Shown piece by piece: positions 9,901-19,699 of a stretch of DNA of 34,344 bases. The DNA lies in sequence record SRR31156797_4163; one strand, written 5' to 3'. The position numbers and the translations under genes were made by a program. The first letter of the stretch is position 1, and every line of letters starts with the position of its first letter. A model generated the notes under the pieces. The model saw only the letters and a list, made by a program, of their open reading frames with translations. It made no database searches and was not told where the DNA came from.

Positions 9901-10819
9901 AAATAAATATGATTTGATTTTTATGGACTTACAAATGCCAAATATGGATGGTTATACTACATCAGAATATATACGTAATGATATGAAATTAGAAACTCCA
10001 ATAGTTGCCCTTAGTGCAGATGTAATGAGTGGTGTTTCAGATAGGGTTAGACTTGTAGGTATGAACAGCTACATATCAAAACCAATTGATAAAAATAAGC
10101 TATACAAATCCTTAATACAATTTATTGCTCCAAATAACGGATGCATCAAAAGCAATGCTGAATTAATTAATAAGGAATATACTAAAAATGATAGTTATGT
10201 ACTTGTTCAGATGAAGAAAGTACTTCTAAACATAGACGTAGACTATGGATACAGGATATCCTCAGAAGATTTAGAATTGTATAAAAAGAAACTTAGCAAA
10301 TTTGCAGGCAAATACAGTAATTTCATGGCAAATCTCAACTATCAGCTTAATACTAACAAAATAGAGTCAGCTATAAAAGGATTATATAAATTAAGTAGAA
10401 TATCTGAAAAATTAGGGGCAATTTCTTTGTTTGAAATGGTAACATTACTCGAATCAAAATTAAAGAATGAAGATATTTCAGAATTTGACAGTGTTATGGA
10501 AAACTTAGAAAACGAACTTGATATGGTAATAGAACAAATCGACTCATTCTTCCGATTATCAGGTTCAATTCAAAATGAACCTCTTAAAGATATTTCAGAT
10601 GAAGATATGATAACTGTATTAGAACAGGTATGTCTCCTTCTTGATACAGGTAATACTCAAGCTAATGATATTTGTAATGAATTATTCGACTACAAACATA
10701 ATAAAAATATTTCGAAAATGATGCAGAGTTTAAGAGAGCATATATCAAATTTTGATTTTGATATCGGGCTGGATTTATGTAAAAAAATCATAAAAGAATT
10801 GAAGAATAACAAGGATTAA
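3959..10819 (+). CDS. Giant cytoplasmic hybrid sensor histidine kinase: about 9-10 PAS/PAC, 2 GAF, HisKA, HATPase_c, REC, degenerate HPt
   Basis: Start placed at ATG 3959 (GGAGG at 3944-3948). Repeated PAS/PAC motifs (W.W.D...IHPDD...G...DIT), H-box [43 protein letters not shown]. No TM helix seen. Confidence 0.95.
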   Translation: MDKKNIKNYMNIYNKIIDKETLSKIDYTDAVKVYNCTIMKDEEDTLICRQDFMDLFDINEYIKFKNDFYYISIENHLFNSLDVSSYYSLKNKINHTLNGSEVNSKFSITINKRTDESTCYYNWHLYKQEDGSIRVILIDITTTYSHITQADTLSFMINQAAISGDVGCWVTFYDAEPPICWATDSTVKLMNITPNESMIYDYSKWQNIIKKSIGEEKYKEFQHSIENNDEPVAIKYMITDDNDNEQWFLMKASNYIRNKSGKIKRLYGTITNITEQLQCENEFGNLAYLFNETSKSGNIGAWVLDFEKHPGYFWGTDTIAKMVNITPNENMLYSVDLVKDILLDNMGEELFNDLIRIINDAISGNTENYDMKHYLYNSMGEMRWYRSKSYNIERDSTGKAVRMYGVLIDIDEQIKNEIELKELTEILDTTMKSGNVGAWVLDYSRLEDSRLWASEVTAFMCGFEPNSTMLFNPQDIIKNFNSTMKKNSLIESSNQKPINEFEYNHLYKLTNTEGEMKWYSSVSQNITKDKNGNIKKVYGVLIDVDEQINRQKQLEVTTSIRKTLQNLSTHYINVDLSTLDYNMNQALFEISSAVGVDRAYIYDYCSENNICIKKYEWCNPNTKPISDIYKKVSMIPFVKGISKIKNTPGSYIFNNVECVKDNNYRHLLNSSGIKSVALFPVFFDSKLYGFIGYDAINSFHNFSEEEILLLESFAGIYSNIVSRIKSEEMLLQGRKRLKLSTQAAKIAYWEWDLLKNTAISDVQYYNIMGVECDDSNPNFWNKYIHPDDIDCFFQAVDRHLSGQAELYETTFRFYNPVKSEYIWVKETGKIVSWTSDGEPSVIAGISQDITNIKITEEVARKTTKKLQLATESANIVTWEYNIATDTGYLSERLIDEYGGETVQNNFLNFLNKRIHPEDYSVYIKSYNDYISGNSDTINSEYRIIANDGNYKWVLSSGKAAEFDNDGNPLVITGILMNLDEKKRYELELINKERNWSNLYNSTKKGMIILDMDSNIIINVNPALVSILGANNSNDFIGKPFDIFSPKYHSDKADNIDYIKSQKDTFEKDGFIELEITYKKSDDETIILETESVKTIYSGKFVSLITITDITESKHQRELVEQSERKLKITTQIANIAYWEYNCIDDTSNIGNMYENIMGFNPMIKGVDTWETNIHPDDKDYVLKENHDHRKGLAPLYSATYRFYNSAKKEYIWVKDTGMVDTYDDDGNPHIMIGISQDITATKLIEEEIKRTAQKLRMATESTNTITWEWDIESDTINALQKDDFFTEITPSISNARECTIEHIHPDDVQDFLSALNIHFDNTSSILRCELRYRYSHSKEYIWVYIAGRINKTDIDGNPLSMTGIMMDIDEKKQNELMIQIREKDLFNIYNTASNGILILEADTLNIVDINPAGMSIFDTADKSLFIGKESLVLSPKLQHDGRDSSHVLEEAITAADKEGSYTYEFTYLTVNGLEVICEIQLVISEYQNKPAYISSFIDITTRKLDDMRMKSLLKIADYEIKSIDEFTFFTMREALGLFQCNIMFVFYYDKETDSLLLDSIGRVDLYEPFFSHGCKTCPLTKEKIILKAVDTRTPIYDNNYNSKIKCIKDMPLGNMIIQNILTIPILYQGELIGMYAIANSKRPFTEDTANQLKMFSDSVYKKIMLFKNTQQIIEAKESAEKAATVKTKFLANMSHEIRTPINAVIGLNELLKSTNLTYQQNDYVEKITNSAKNLLGIINDILDFSKMESEKLIIEHTSLNLNTVLDDVYTLFSNKAIEKNLELIINKDMNVPVYLLGDPLRLAQILINLTSNAIKFTDGGEVIISVELVKSDDDQAILKFIITDNGIGMKQEQADNLFQAFEQADSSTTRKYGGTGLGLSITKNIVDLMNGTISVSTEYAKGSEFSVTLTFDIDKDTKIRESKKNNEAEIMNSLEAIKGARVLIVDDNELNQQIVTELLESVDFVVDAASDGIESIEKLEKNKYDLIFMDLQMPNMDGYTTSEYIRNDMKLETPIVALSADVMSGVSDRVRLVGMNSYISKPIDKNKLYKSLIQFIAPNNGCIKSNAELINKEYTKNDSYVLVQMKKVLLNIDVDYGYRISSEDLELYKKKLSKFAGKYSNFMANLNYQLNTNKIESAIKGLYKLSRISEKLGAISLFEMVTLLESKLKNEDISEFDSVMENLENELDMVIEQIDSFFRLSGSIQNEPLKDISDEDMITVLEQVCLLLDTGNTQANDICNELFDYKHNKNISKMMQSLREHISNFDFDIGLDLCKKIIKELKNNKD

Positions 10820-10841
10820 TCAACAATATAGAAGATTTGTA

Positions 10842-11279
10842 TTATCTGGATTTTTCATAATATTCAATGTTTTTATTCAGTTTTACCATTGAGATTATTT
10901 CTGCAATAGAATCCAACGACAAATCTTCTGCTTTTTTATATCTTATACATGATTTGCCCATATTCGGTTAAGACTAACCTCATTGAAAGCAGTTTTAATT
11001 CATCTACAAAGGTATCCTCCATGTAAATCCTCATCAGGTATAATGAATTATAGTTTTTCTGAGACGCTAGTGCAATATTCATCAAGGGTTTTTATTATAT
11101 GTATTCGGATATTTTACCAAGGGTACTTCGTAACAAATCATACCCCAATTCATTGTTTCTTCAAAACCATCAGGTGAATTATCCAAAATTATATCCCTTA
11201 CTTTTGATATTGCTTCACTTTCATCAGAATCAAATACTTCAAGATATTGCTCCACCGCTTTCGCATTACTGGATGCAAT
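10842..11279 (-). pseudogene. DUF1801 (YdhG-like) family pseudogene
   Basis: Manual translation across three frameshifts (about 11090, 10995, 10968): IASSNAKAVEQYLE...GFEETMNWGMICYEVP..YPNTYNK/KPLMNIALASQKNYNSLYLM...NMGKSCIRYKKAEDLSLDSIAEII...YEKSR*. The start codon reads ATT. Confidence 0.85.
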
Positions 11280-11290
11280 AATAATCTCTT

Positions 11291-13375
11291 TTATTTAGTC
11301 AAAGAATTTCTGATATTTTTATAAATCTTTCTTAGATTTTCCAGCTGTTCTATTTCAATTGTTTTATTTGAGAAAATCACTTCTTCATATATTTTTACAG
11401 CTTCAAATAAGTCATCATTATTACAATCAGCACGATAATAGAACTCCCTGGCTGTTTCATTTACCTTTTTCATCTTGTTCTTTCTATAGTATTGCCTTTT
11501 TATTCTATTAAATATCATTATGATGTTTTTTTTGTTTGCTTTATGTGTCACAATGTATAATCTGATAAAAAATACTGTTAAAAGTACAATCAAAAGTACA
11601 AGTAATAGAGCTGCAAAAAGCTGATTGTTATATTCATGTTTTAATGCTTCATCTTGAGTAATAAGCAAATCAACATGTTCAAAATCATTATACTCATTAT
11701 CTCCAGCAAATCCAAGCTCTGATTGGAATCTGCTGGTAGGTTCGAATGCCAGCCAGCCAAAATCGTCAAACCAAACCTCAACCCATGCATGAGAATGTTT
11801 CTTCTTTACTGTAAAGTCCATTGATATCCCCTCAACGAACAAAGTAACCTGCTCAGGAGCATCCATAGGTATGTATTCTTCATATATAGGGATTTCTAGT
11901 ATATAACCTGTAACATATCTGCAGGGTACACCAATACTTCTCAGCATCATAACCATTGATGTTGCATAGTGAGTACAAAATCCTTCCTTTGTTTCGAATA
12001 GAAAATACTCTATAAAATCTTCATTAACAGGCTTTTCTGGAGGCTCCAAATTGTATGTATATTTATTAGATAAATAAGATTCTATTATTTTTGCTTTTAA
12101 ATAATTATTATCAGCATCTTTCACTAAATCCGTTGTTAAAGGTTCAAGAGTACTTTTCAATTCTTCTGGAATTTGTAGATAATTTTCTACATTGTTAATG
12201 TTATTTGATTTGCTTTGTGTTATAAATTCAATAAATTCTTCTGATTTATAATCAATATGTAGTGCATTTAGATAATATATTGTATTACTTATCAATGATT
12301 TATCGGTGTAAATATCGTCATATGGGTTTTTATAAATTTCCTCACTAAAATCACTTGCAATTAACGAATGAAGCGGAGCAAATACAATTTGTGAATGAGC
12401 AAATAGCTCTACATTCATTTCATATAATACTGTAGAAACACCATTACTATCCAGAATATCTTCAAGCTCGTATATATCATATTGCTTATCCATATTTTGC
12501 GAATCATCTGATAAGGCTTTTTCCCAGCCGTCTTTAGTATAAATATCATATGTTTTGTTACGAAGTCTGTCTACATATGGTGTATTGACTATCATCATTT
12601 TACTGTCTGAATATGCGAAATCATCTGATAAATTAGTCAGCTTGCTCTGACCGTCAATACGAATAATCTGCTCAGTATTTATGGTCGCAGTTTCTTTCTC
12701 AAACCAATCAAGTTCATCAATCCATTTTAGCGGATCCGGTCTTTGACTTGCTACAATAACAACCAAAGGAGCAATAATAATTGCAGCAAATAGAACTGTT
12801 TTAAATGGTATCAATACTTTAACGCTCTCTTCTTCTTCAGCATAGCGTGGTGATAATCTCCAAATAACTATCATCAATAATCCTATAACATAAAATATAG
12901 CAAACGGTATATTGATGAAATCATATGAAAAATAGATTACACATATAACAGCCGCTGATAATAGTGCTGCAACAATACTCTGGTTGAACACTGATATTAT
13001 TATATAATTTATAGCAATAAATGCTAAAGACAGAGCAAATATAAATAAGATTTCATTTTCAATATGAAAGAAACTCTTATCAATAAGTGCACTTATTGAA
13101 TGTCCAATAATATCTGCTATCTGCTTATTATAATAAACCGCTGTAAATATTATAAAAACAGCAAATATAAACAAGAGATAGATAGGTAGCTTTTTAGGTA
13201 ATGAGATTACTATAACAGCAATCAAAATACATATAGTCACTGCAAAGCATGATAAAATAAAGCTATTTGAATAATTATAGATCATTCGCAGACTATAATA
13301 GCATTCAGATATTGACAAAATAATAATGAAAAAAAGATTCTGGTAATTCTTTTTTAAAATATTGAATAGTTTCAC
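11291..13375 (-). CDS. Membrane transglutaminase-like domain protein (TgpA-like)
   Basis: Multiple N-terminal TM helices, catalytic motifs GFCTHYAT, RYVTGY and HAWVEVWFDDFGWLAFEPT, and a C-terminal TM. Confidence 0.92.
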   Translation of the reverse strand: MKLFNILKKNYQNLFFIIILSISECYYSLRMIYNYSNSFILSCFAVTICILIAVIVISLPKKLPIYLLFIFAVFIIFTAVYYNKQIADIIGHSISALIDKSFFHIENEILFIFALSLAFIAINYIIISVFNQSIVAALLSAAVICVIYFSYDFINIPFAIFYVIGLLMIVIWRLSPRYAEEEESVKVLIPFKTVLFAAIIIAPLVVIVASQRPDPLKWIDELDWFEKETATINTEQIIRIDGQSKLTNLSDDFAYSDSKMMIVNTPYVDRLRNKTYDIYTKDGWEKALSDDSQNMDKQYDIYELEDILDSNGVSTVLYEMNVELFAHSQIVFAPLHSLIASDFSEEIYKNPYDDIYTDKSLISNTIYYLNALHIDYKSEEFIEFITQSKSNNINNVENYLQIPEELKSTLEPLTTDLVKDADNNYLKAKIIESYLSNKYTYNLEPPEKPVNEDFIEYFLFETKEGFCTHYATSMVMMLRSIGVPCRYVTGYILEIPIYEEYIPMDAPEQVTLFVEGISMDFTVKKKHSHAWVEVWFDDFGWLAFEPTSRFQSELGFAGDNEYNDFEHVDLLITQDEALKHEYNNQLFAALLLVLLIVLLTVFFIRLYIVTHKANKKNIIMIFNRIKRQYYRKNKMKKVNETAREFYYRADCNNDDLFEAVKIYEEVIFSNKTIEIEQLENLRKIYKNIRNSLTK

Positions 13376-14574
13376 ATTTTACTCCTAATAAACAAATCCT
13401 GTATACTGCTATAAGGTGTCAGGTGATAATATTGAATTCCATTATTAGAGATGTAACTTCCTTCCTTCCTTTCGTCTAAAGTACAAGATATTATATGCAC
13501 AGTACATCTATAGTTTAATAATCTCCTAATTTCAGGATTGTCTTCCAGAGAATCTGGGTGGCAGGTAAAAATGAAAACATCCTTTCCATTAAGATTTGCA
13601 GTATATTTCTTGCCGCAAATATATGTATTTATTAACGAATCAATACTTTTTGAGTGTCTGAATAACAGCTTTGCAATGTGGTGTAAAAACTCATAAAAAC
13701 AATTTTTATCCGAATATACAACAGAAACATCGTCATATTCATAATAATTAAGTTCAATAGAATAATTCTTATAAAGCATACTCTTAACAATTGAAGCGAA
13801 AGCTTCCATCAGCTTATCTTCAATCATCAGGTTCCTATCTAGCGCATGCTTCCCCTTTGATAAATCCAAAAAAAGCAATAATGAATTCTGCATACTTGAT
13901 TCATTTATGCGTACTAATAGCTCATCATACCTAGCTGATAGTTTCCAGTGAATATTTTTTAAAGCATCACCCTGCTGATATTCCTTAACATCTACCATTG
14001 AGTCAGCATTTGCAGTCAATACAAATTCGCTTGAGTTAATATCACTTTCAGTTTTGTGCATCAGATAGTATTTAGGCAGAAATGTTATTTTCGGTAAAAC
14101 AGTAATATTCTTTCTAGGTTCAACATTAGAAATTTTAAGTTTAAATATATTTAATATATCCATTAATTCAATTGTATCTATTCCTACAGAGTATACCCCC
14201 CTATATTTGCAGGACAATTTGTAATTAAATTGAATGCTCTTGTTAGCAAACAATGTAAATATTCTTGGCTCAAGCTGATCTTTATACAGATTTAAATTTA
14301 GAAGAAAGTTCACCTTTATTATTGAACTTGGTAAAAATGATTCATTGTATATTATGCATGTATAATCAGATATACCGCTGTGTTCCACAAACTTAGGATT
14401 TAGATTCTGGGTTACTTTTATATGCATATACATAATTACTAAATGAATAAAGGACAAAATCATTAAATATATAACGCAATGAAAGAAGATAGATGTAATC
14501 AGGCTAGGCAAATAATAAACTAATAAAGATGAAGATATAAGCAACATAACGTATATTATTCTATTTCGAAGCAT
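13372..14574 (-). CDS. DUF58 domain protein
   Basis: N-terminal TMs, YRGVY..G, VKEYQQGDALKNIHWKLSAR; located between moxR and the transglutaminase gene. Confidence 0.92.
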   Translation of the reverse strand: MLRNRIIYVMLLISSSLLVYYLPSLITSIFFHCVIYLMILSFIHLVIMYMHIKVTQNLNPKFVEHSGISDYTCIIYNESFLPSSIIKVNFLLNLNLYKDQLEPRIFTLFANKSIQFNYKLSCKYRGVYSVGIDTIELMDILNIFKLKISNVEPRKNITVLPKITFLPKYYLMHKTESDINSSEFVLTANADSMVDVKEYQQGDALKNIHWKLSARYDELLVRINESSMQNSLLLFLDLSKGKHALDRNLMIEDKLMEAFASIVKSMLYKNYSIELNYYEYDDVSVVYSDKNCFYEFLHHIAKLLFRHSKSIDSLINTYICGKKYTANLNGKDVFIFTCHPDSLEDNPEIRRLLNYRCTVHIISCTLDERKEGSYISNNGIQYYHLTPYSSIQDLFIRSKM

Positions 14575-14585
14575 AATATCTCCTG

Positions 14586-15521
14586 TTATCTGTCTATTTC
14601 AGGTACTGGTATTTGCATTATAATATCTAGTAGAATATCTTTTTGCTTTAAGCGTTTTGTTAATCCCTCTCTGCTTAGTATGAGTCTATGGCAAAATACT
14701 GGAATAATCAACTGCTTCACATCATCAGGAATTACATAATCTCTTCCTTCCATCAGTGCCTTAGCCTTGGCTGCTCTTGCCAGCAAAATTGTTCCTCTTG
14801 TACTTACACCAGTCTGTAAATGTCTGTTTATTCTTGTTGCCATAGCTATTTTCACAATATAATGACTAATTTTACTATCCATATATATTTTGTCTGAAGC
14901 ACTCTGTAAAGCGTTTAAATCATCCTTTGATGATAAACTGCTGATTTTCTTGTCATAATTCGCTCCCTCAACAATGTTGACAGCAGCTAGCTCATCTGGA
15001 TACCCAATTGATATTACCATCATAAATCTGTCTAACTGTGATTCCGGTAGTGGAAATGTGCCAAATTGTTCTGCTGGATTTTGCGTGGCTATCAGCATAA
15101 ATGGCTGAGGTATTTCATGTGTAATACCGTCTACAGTAACTTTACCATCCTGCATAGCCTCTAGGAGCGCAGACTGAGTTTTTGGTGATGTTCTGTTTAG
15201 CTCGTCTGCCAGAACGATATTATTCAAAACTGCACCCTCAATATATTTAAATTCACGTATCTTTGTATCATACATTGAGAATCCAACAACATCAGAAGCT
15301 GTAGTGTCAGGTGTAAACTGAATACGCTTAAAAGATACATCAAATGATTTTGCCAATGCATTTGCCAGACTGGTCTTACCGACACCCGGTACATCCTCTA
15401 TCAGAACATGACCCTTTGCAATACTCGCAATCATCAACATTTCGATAACATCTCTCTTACCTAAAAAAGTCTTCTCAATGTTATCAATTATCAGATTAAT
15501 CTTATCTTGATACTCTGTCAT
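14586..15521 (-). CDS. moxR: MoxR family AAA+ ATPase
   Basis: Walker A EDVPGVGKT, RIQFTPD, Walker B VLADELNR, ATQNP, PLPESQLDRF. Start placed at ATG 15521 after AGAAAGGA. Confidence 0.95.
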   Translation of the reverse strand: MTEYQDKINLIIDNIEKTFLGKRDVIEMLMIASIAKGHVLIEDVPGVGKTSLANALAKSFDVSFKRIQFTPDTTASDVVGFSMYDTKIREFKYIEGAVLNNIVLADELNRTSPKTQSALLEAMQDGKVTVDGITHEIPQPFMLIATQNPAEQFGTFPLPESQLDRFMMVISIGYPDELAAVNIVEGANYDKKISSLSSKDDLNALQSASDKIYMDSKISHYIVKIAMATRINRHLQTGVSTRGTILLARAAKAKALMEGRDYVIPDDVKQLIIPVFCHRLILSREGLTKRLKQKDILLDIIMQIPVPEIDR

Positions 15522-15572
15522 AGCTGTATCCTTTCTGCTGTTATTCAAAAATACAAGTTATAATATGTATAT

Positions 15573-15601
15573 AGTATAATGCCATTTTTAGAGTAATTCA
15601 A
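15573..15601 (-). promoter_or_regulatory. SigA-type promoter of the moxR operon
   Basis: Minus strand TTGAAT, 17 nt, TATACT. Confidence 0.6.
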
Positions 15602-15972
15602 ACTTTCAGCAGGTAATACAACCATATTTATCCATTATTCAATGATATTACTTATTTACTATTAATTATTTGGATTCAATGTATTGATATAATAAATATA
15701 TAATTATTTAAGTGCTTTATATATAACTCACTTTATCTTATCTAATAAATCAGCAAGATAAAATATTATATAATAAAGAACTTCTAATACATTTTCTAAA
15801 TCAATCTAACATCTATTATAATCCTACTAGATGCTGAATGAAAAATACCCTGTTTTCAGTCTAATGCAGATAAAGTGCATAAAGGTAATAATTTTCAGAA
15901 TATAGTTACAGCGTTTTGAATATTCTATATTATTAAATCTTACTAAAAAGATTAATTTCATTATAATTGTAA

Positions 15973-17970
15973 TTAGTCTTTGTCAAGCCATTTTGCAAGC
16001 ATATTAGTTAGTTCATCGTTATTTATAGGTTTTGACAGATAGTCATTCATTCCTGAATTCCGTATCTTATTTTTAAAATCACGCATAGTCTCTGCACTCA
16101 GTGCAATAATTGGAATGTCCTTATTGTTTTCCCTAATTTTTTCCGTTGCAAGATATCCATCCATAAAAGGCATCTGCAAATCCATTAAAATCAAATCATA
16201 TTTCTCTTTATTTACCTTCTCGACAGCTTCTATACCATTATCTGCAATATCAGTTACAACACCATTGCATTTCAACATTTCAGTTGTAACAAGCTGATTT
16301 ATTTCATTGTCTTCAACAAGCAGAATCTTACTATCTTTAATAATATCTTTTATTTGTAGATACCGTTCGGTAGTTTTATAATTTTCTTTGTTTTGATTTG
16401 CAGATTGATACGATTTCATCTTAGTATTACATGGCTTTGCTTTTCTCAAATGCAAACCGAAATAGAATGTACTACCCTTTCCATACTCACTTTCAAATCC
16501 AATATTTCCGTCCATTATGTCAATAATGCTCTTACAGATTGCAAGTCCTAAACCTGACCCGCCATATTTCCGTGTAATGGAAGTATCAGCCTGTGTAAAT
16601 GCATGAAATAGTGTCTTTTGCTGCTCTTGAGTTATACCAATTCCCGTATCCACTACATTAAAATAGATGTTTATATCATCATTTGTTTCATTAAGCTTTC
16701 TTATGTTAATAGTGACTTTGCCTTTATTAGTAAATTTCACAGCATTATTAGCAAGATTCAGAAGTACTTGTCCAATCCTTAATGAATCACCGATCAGCGT
16801 CATGTTAATATCTTCATCTTTATAAATCTCAAAGTCTAAACCCTTTTGCTGTGTAGAAAATGAAATAATTGTATTAATATTATCTAGAACTTCATCAATA
16901 GAGAATTCGATATTTTCTATTTTTAGTTTTCCAGATTCCAGTCTGGAAAAATCCAGTGTATCATTAATAATTCCTAATAAGCTCTTTGCCGAAATGTTTA
17001 ATTTATCTACATATTCTCTTTGTCTCTTTGTCAGCTTAGTTTCGCACAGAAGCTCTCCTAGTCCAATAATTGCATTCATTGGAGTGCGTATCTCATGGCT
17101 CATGTTTGCCAAAAATTCACTCTTTGCTTTTGTAGCCTCTTCAGCCTTTTGTTTTGCTATCTGAAGTTGAGTCTTTGCCTCAATAATCTCGTTCAAATCA
17201 GTAAAAGCCACTATAATAAAGTATTTTCCAGTCAATCTGATAGGATGAACGTTAACTAGGCACCATACTACTTCTCCAGTACCCTGCCGCATTATCTGTG
17301 CCTCCATATTTACTATTCTTCCATTTTGTTGATATTGCTTCTTAATTTCTTCAGACATCTGCATTGATTTAAAGAAAAAATCATGCGTAACAGATTCCAT
17401 AGATTCAAGCCTCATAAAATCTAGCATAGCCTTATTATTGTTAATGACTTTATTATTTTTAATATCTACAATCATAGTTGGAGTTGGAGACAATTCAACA
17501 ATTTTTCGAGTAGTTTCCAATGCTTGAGTTCTTTCCTGCAAGAGCTCCTCTAAATGCATACGATATGCTTCGTTCTTTTCTTCTAGTGCTTTTTTACTAT
17601 CAATAAGCTCTTTCTTGTAGAGAACATCTGTTAGAGTTTTAAATAGGTCATCTTCGCTTATTGGTTTGATAAGGTAATCAGAGGCTCCACCCTTAACAGC
17701 TTGTTTTACAGTACTTACTGTAGGTTCACCTGTCATAATTATAACGTGAATCTGGGTATGTCTTTCTCTTAATAATTTGAATAACTCCATACCGTTTACT
17801 TTTGGAATAACAACATCAATCATTACAATGTCTATCTTGCTTTTTTCTATAATTCCTAATGCTGTTACTGAATTATCGGCTATGTGTACAGTATGTCCTT
17901 CCTTCTCCAGAAAAAAACTAAACGAATCACTTGTGTTCTTTTCATCATCTACTAATAGTATCCTTGCCAT
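15973..17970 (-). CDS. Hybrid histidine kinase REC-PAS-HisKA-HATPase-REC
   Basis: N-terminal REC (LLVDDE, DIVMID, YLIKP), coiled coil, [29 protein letters not shown]-terminal REC ([10 protein letters not shown]). Confidence 0.95.
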   Translation of the reverse strand: MARILLVDDEKNTSDSFSFFLEKEGHTVHIADNSVTALGIIEKSKIDIVMIDVVIPKVNGMELFKLLRERHTQIHVIIMTGEPTVSTVKQAVKGGASDYLIKPISEDDLFKTLTDVLYKKELIDSKKALEEKNEAYRMHLEELLQERTQALETTRKIVELSPTPTMIVDIKNNKVINNNKAMLDFMRLESMESVTHDFFFKSMQMSEEIKKQYQQNGRIVNMEAQIMRQGTGEVVWCLVNVHPIRLTGKYFIIVAFTDLNEIIEAKTQLQIAKQKAEEATKAKSEFLANMSHEIRTPMNAIIGLGELLCETKLTKRQREYVDKLNISAKSLLGIINDTLDFSRLESGKLKIENIEFSIDEVLDNINTIISFSTQQKGLDFEIYKDEDINMTLIGDSLRIGQVLLNLANNAVKFTNKGKVTINIRKLNETNDDINIYFNVVDTGIGITQEQQKTLFHAFTQADTSITRKYGGSGLGLAICKSIIDIMDGNIGFESEYGKGSTFYFGLHLRKAKPCNTKMKSYQSANQNKENYKTTERYLQIKDIIKDSKILLVEDNEINQLVTTEMLKCNGVVTDIADNGIEAVEKVNKEKYDLILMDLQMPFMDGYLATEKIRENNKDIPIIALSAETMRDFKNKIRNSGMNDYLSKPINNDELTNMLAKWLDKD

Positions 17971-18445
17971 AAATCTCTCCCAATTCTATTGTGAGTTCTA
18001 ATCCTGTATACCAAATATATTTCTGTAATTCCACTACTTTAGATAGTAAAATTTGATATTGTGATTTTGTCTAGTTTCGACATATTGTGCAACACATCTT
18101 TGATACATAATAAGCAAATATAATTATTTTTAAACAATAATATTACTTTTTCGTTATCTAAATCTTACTATAATAACAAATATTTGCTTTTCTTATAAAG
18201 AATACTCTTTAAATTTATCAATCATTATTAATTACAAAATGGTATTATTTTCATTTCAGTAATTGTCTGTCTAAACATTAATAATCCCATAGTTTTCAAC
18301 TATCCCTAATAATCCAAGCAAAACATTATTATTACAAACGCTAGTGCTTAATAAGCATTAATATTATATATCGTATTTAACATACTCCTGATAAACTTTT
18401 TATAAACAGTTTATTAACTATTCACTATAATCTAAAACTATAATA

Positions 18446-18475
18446 TTGTGAAAACATTATATCGAGTGGTATAAT
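18446..18475 (+). promoter_or_regulatory. SigA-type promoter of the tocopherol cyclase-like gene
   Basis: TTGTGA, 18 nt, TATAAT (18470-18475) with extended -10 TG. Confidence 0.45.
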
Positions 18476-18545
18476 ATCACTGGTATGTTGTACATTAACT
18501 AATATGCATTTTAATTCTATTAATACAGATAAATAGAGGATAGTT

Positions 18546-19679
18546 ATGAACAAATCAGATATAACAAGAAATTACTATATGCTAAAAGGTCCTTTAAAGA
18601 AAAAGGGGTATGACTGGTGGTGGCATTCATTTACAGGCTATTGCAGAGAAACTGGAGAGGAAAAATCCTTCTTTATAGAGTATTTTATAATTAATCCAAA
18701 AGAAACATCTAAGGAGCCAATTTTTGGACAATTACCAGAAAACAGAGAAAAAGGAATCAACCCATCGTATGTAATGGTAAAAGCTGGTGTTTGGGGCAAA
18801 AACGCAAAGCAATTGCATAGGTTCTACCCTATTGAGCAATTATGTATATCAAAAACAGGTTTGGACTTAAAAATCGGAGATTGTTCCCTTACAGAGACTC
18901 ATATGGTTGGAGAAGTATCATTAACAAAAGAAGAAGCTGCAAATCATCCTGAGTATATGTGCGACAGCGGTCATATGAAGTGGGATATAAAGATTGATAA
19001 GCAAATTGCATTTAATGTTGGCTACGGGGCATCAAAATTCTTTCGATTGATTAACGCATTTGAAATGTTTTGGCATGCAGAGGGTATGAAAACCCAATAC
19101 GAAGGTATTGTCGAATTAGACGGAGTCTCTTATGATATTATCCCTGAAAAATCATATGGTTATGCTGACAAGAACTGGGGCGGTGATTATACAAGTCCTT
19201 GGGTATGGTTATCCAGCTGGAATATCAATAGTCTCAAGCATAATAGACAATTAAATAATACAGTACTTAATATTGGTGGTGGAAGACCAAAAGTATTTGG
19301 CATGCCTATAAACAGAAAGCTGCTTTCAGTAATATACTATGAAGGCACAGATTATGAATTTAATTTCTCTAAGTTTTGGACATTCACTAGAACTAAGTTC
19401 AACTGTTATGAAAAAGAAAACCAAATAATCTGGGAAGTAACTACTCAAACTCCGAAAGCCATGATGAAAGTTCATATAAAGTGTAAAAAGTCAGAAATGC
19501 TTTTCATCAACTATGAAGCACCCAACGGGACAAAAAAACACAATGAGTTATATAACGGCGGTACAGGAACTGGTATAATAACACTTTACAAGAAAAACTT
19601 TTTCAAAAAAGAATTAATTGACGAAATGGAAGTTAAAAATGTTGGCTGCGAATATGGTGAATACTCTAAGAACAATTAA
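18546..19679 (+). CDS. Tocopherol cyclase family protein
   Basis: GYDWWWHSF, GYADKNWG.DY..PWVW, YEAP.G and NGGTG motifs; GAGG RBS. Confidence 0.82.
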   Translation: MNKSDITRNYYMLKGPLKKKGYDWWWHSFTGYCRETGEEKSFFIEYFIINPKETSKEPIFGQLPENREKGINPSYVMVKAGVWGKNAKQLHRFYPIEQLCISKTGLDLKIGDCSLTETHMVGEVSLTKEEAANHPEYMCDSGHMKWDIKIDKQIAFNVGYGASKFFRLINAFEMFWHAEGMKTQYEGIVELDGVSYDIIPEKSYGYADKNWGGDYTSPWVWLSSWNINSLKHNRQLNNTVLNIGGGRPKVFGMPINRKLLSVIYYEGTDYEFNFSKFWTFTRTKFNCYEKENQIIWEVTTQTPKAMMKVHIKCKKSEMLFINYEAPNGTKKHNELYNGGTGTGIITLYKKNFFKKELIDEMEVKNVGCEYGEYSKNN

Positions 19680-19699
19680 TACAAATGCATTACAAAAAT

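Noticed and set aside
10983..11281. Plus-strand ORFs of 64 and 60 aa
   Set aside because: Antisense shadows of the DUF1801 pseudogene.
11291..15521. MoxR-DUF58-transglutaminase as a novel system
   Set aside because: A well-known, widespread gene trio.
15602..15972. Long AT-rich intergenic region (also 18001-18445 and 24931-25214)
   Set aside because: No convincing ORF remnant, repeat array or stable structure was found by eye.
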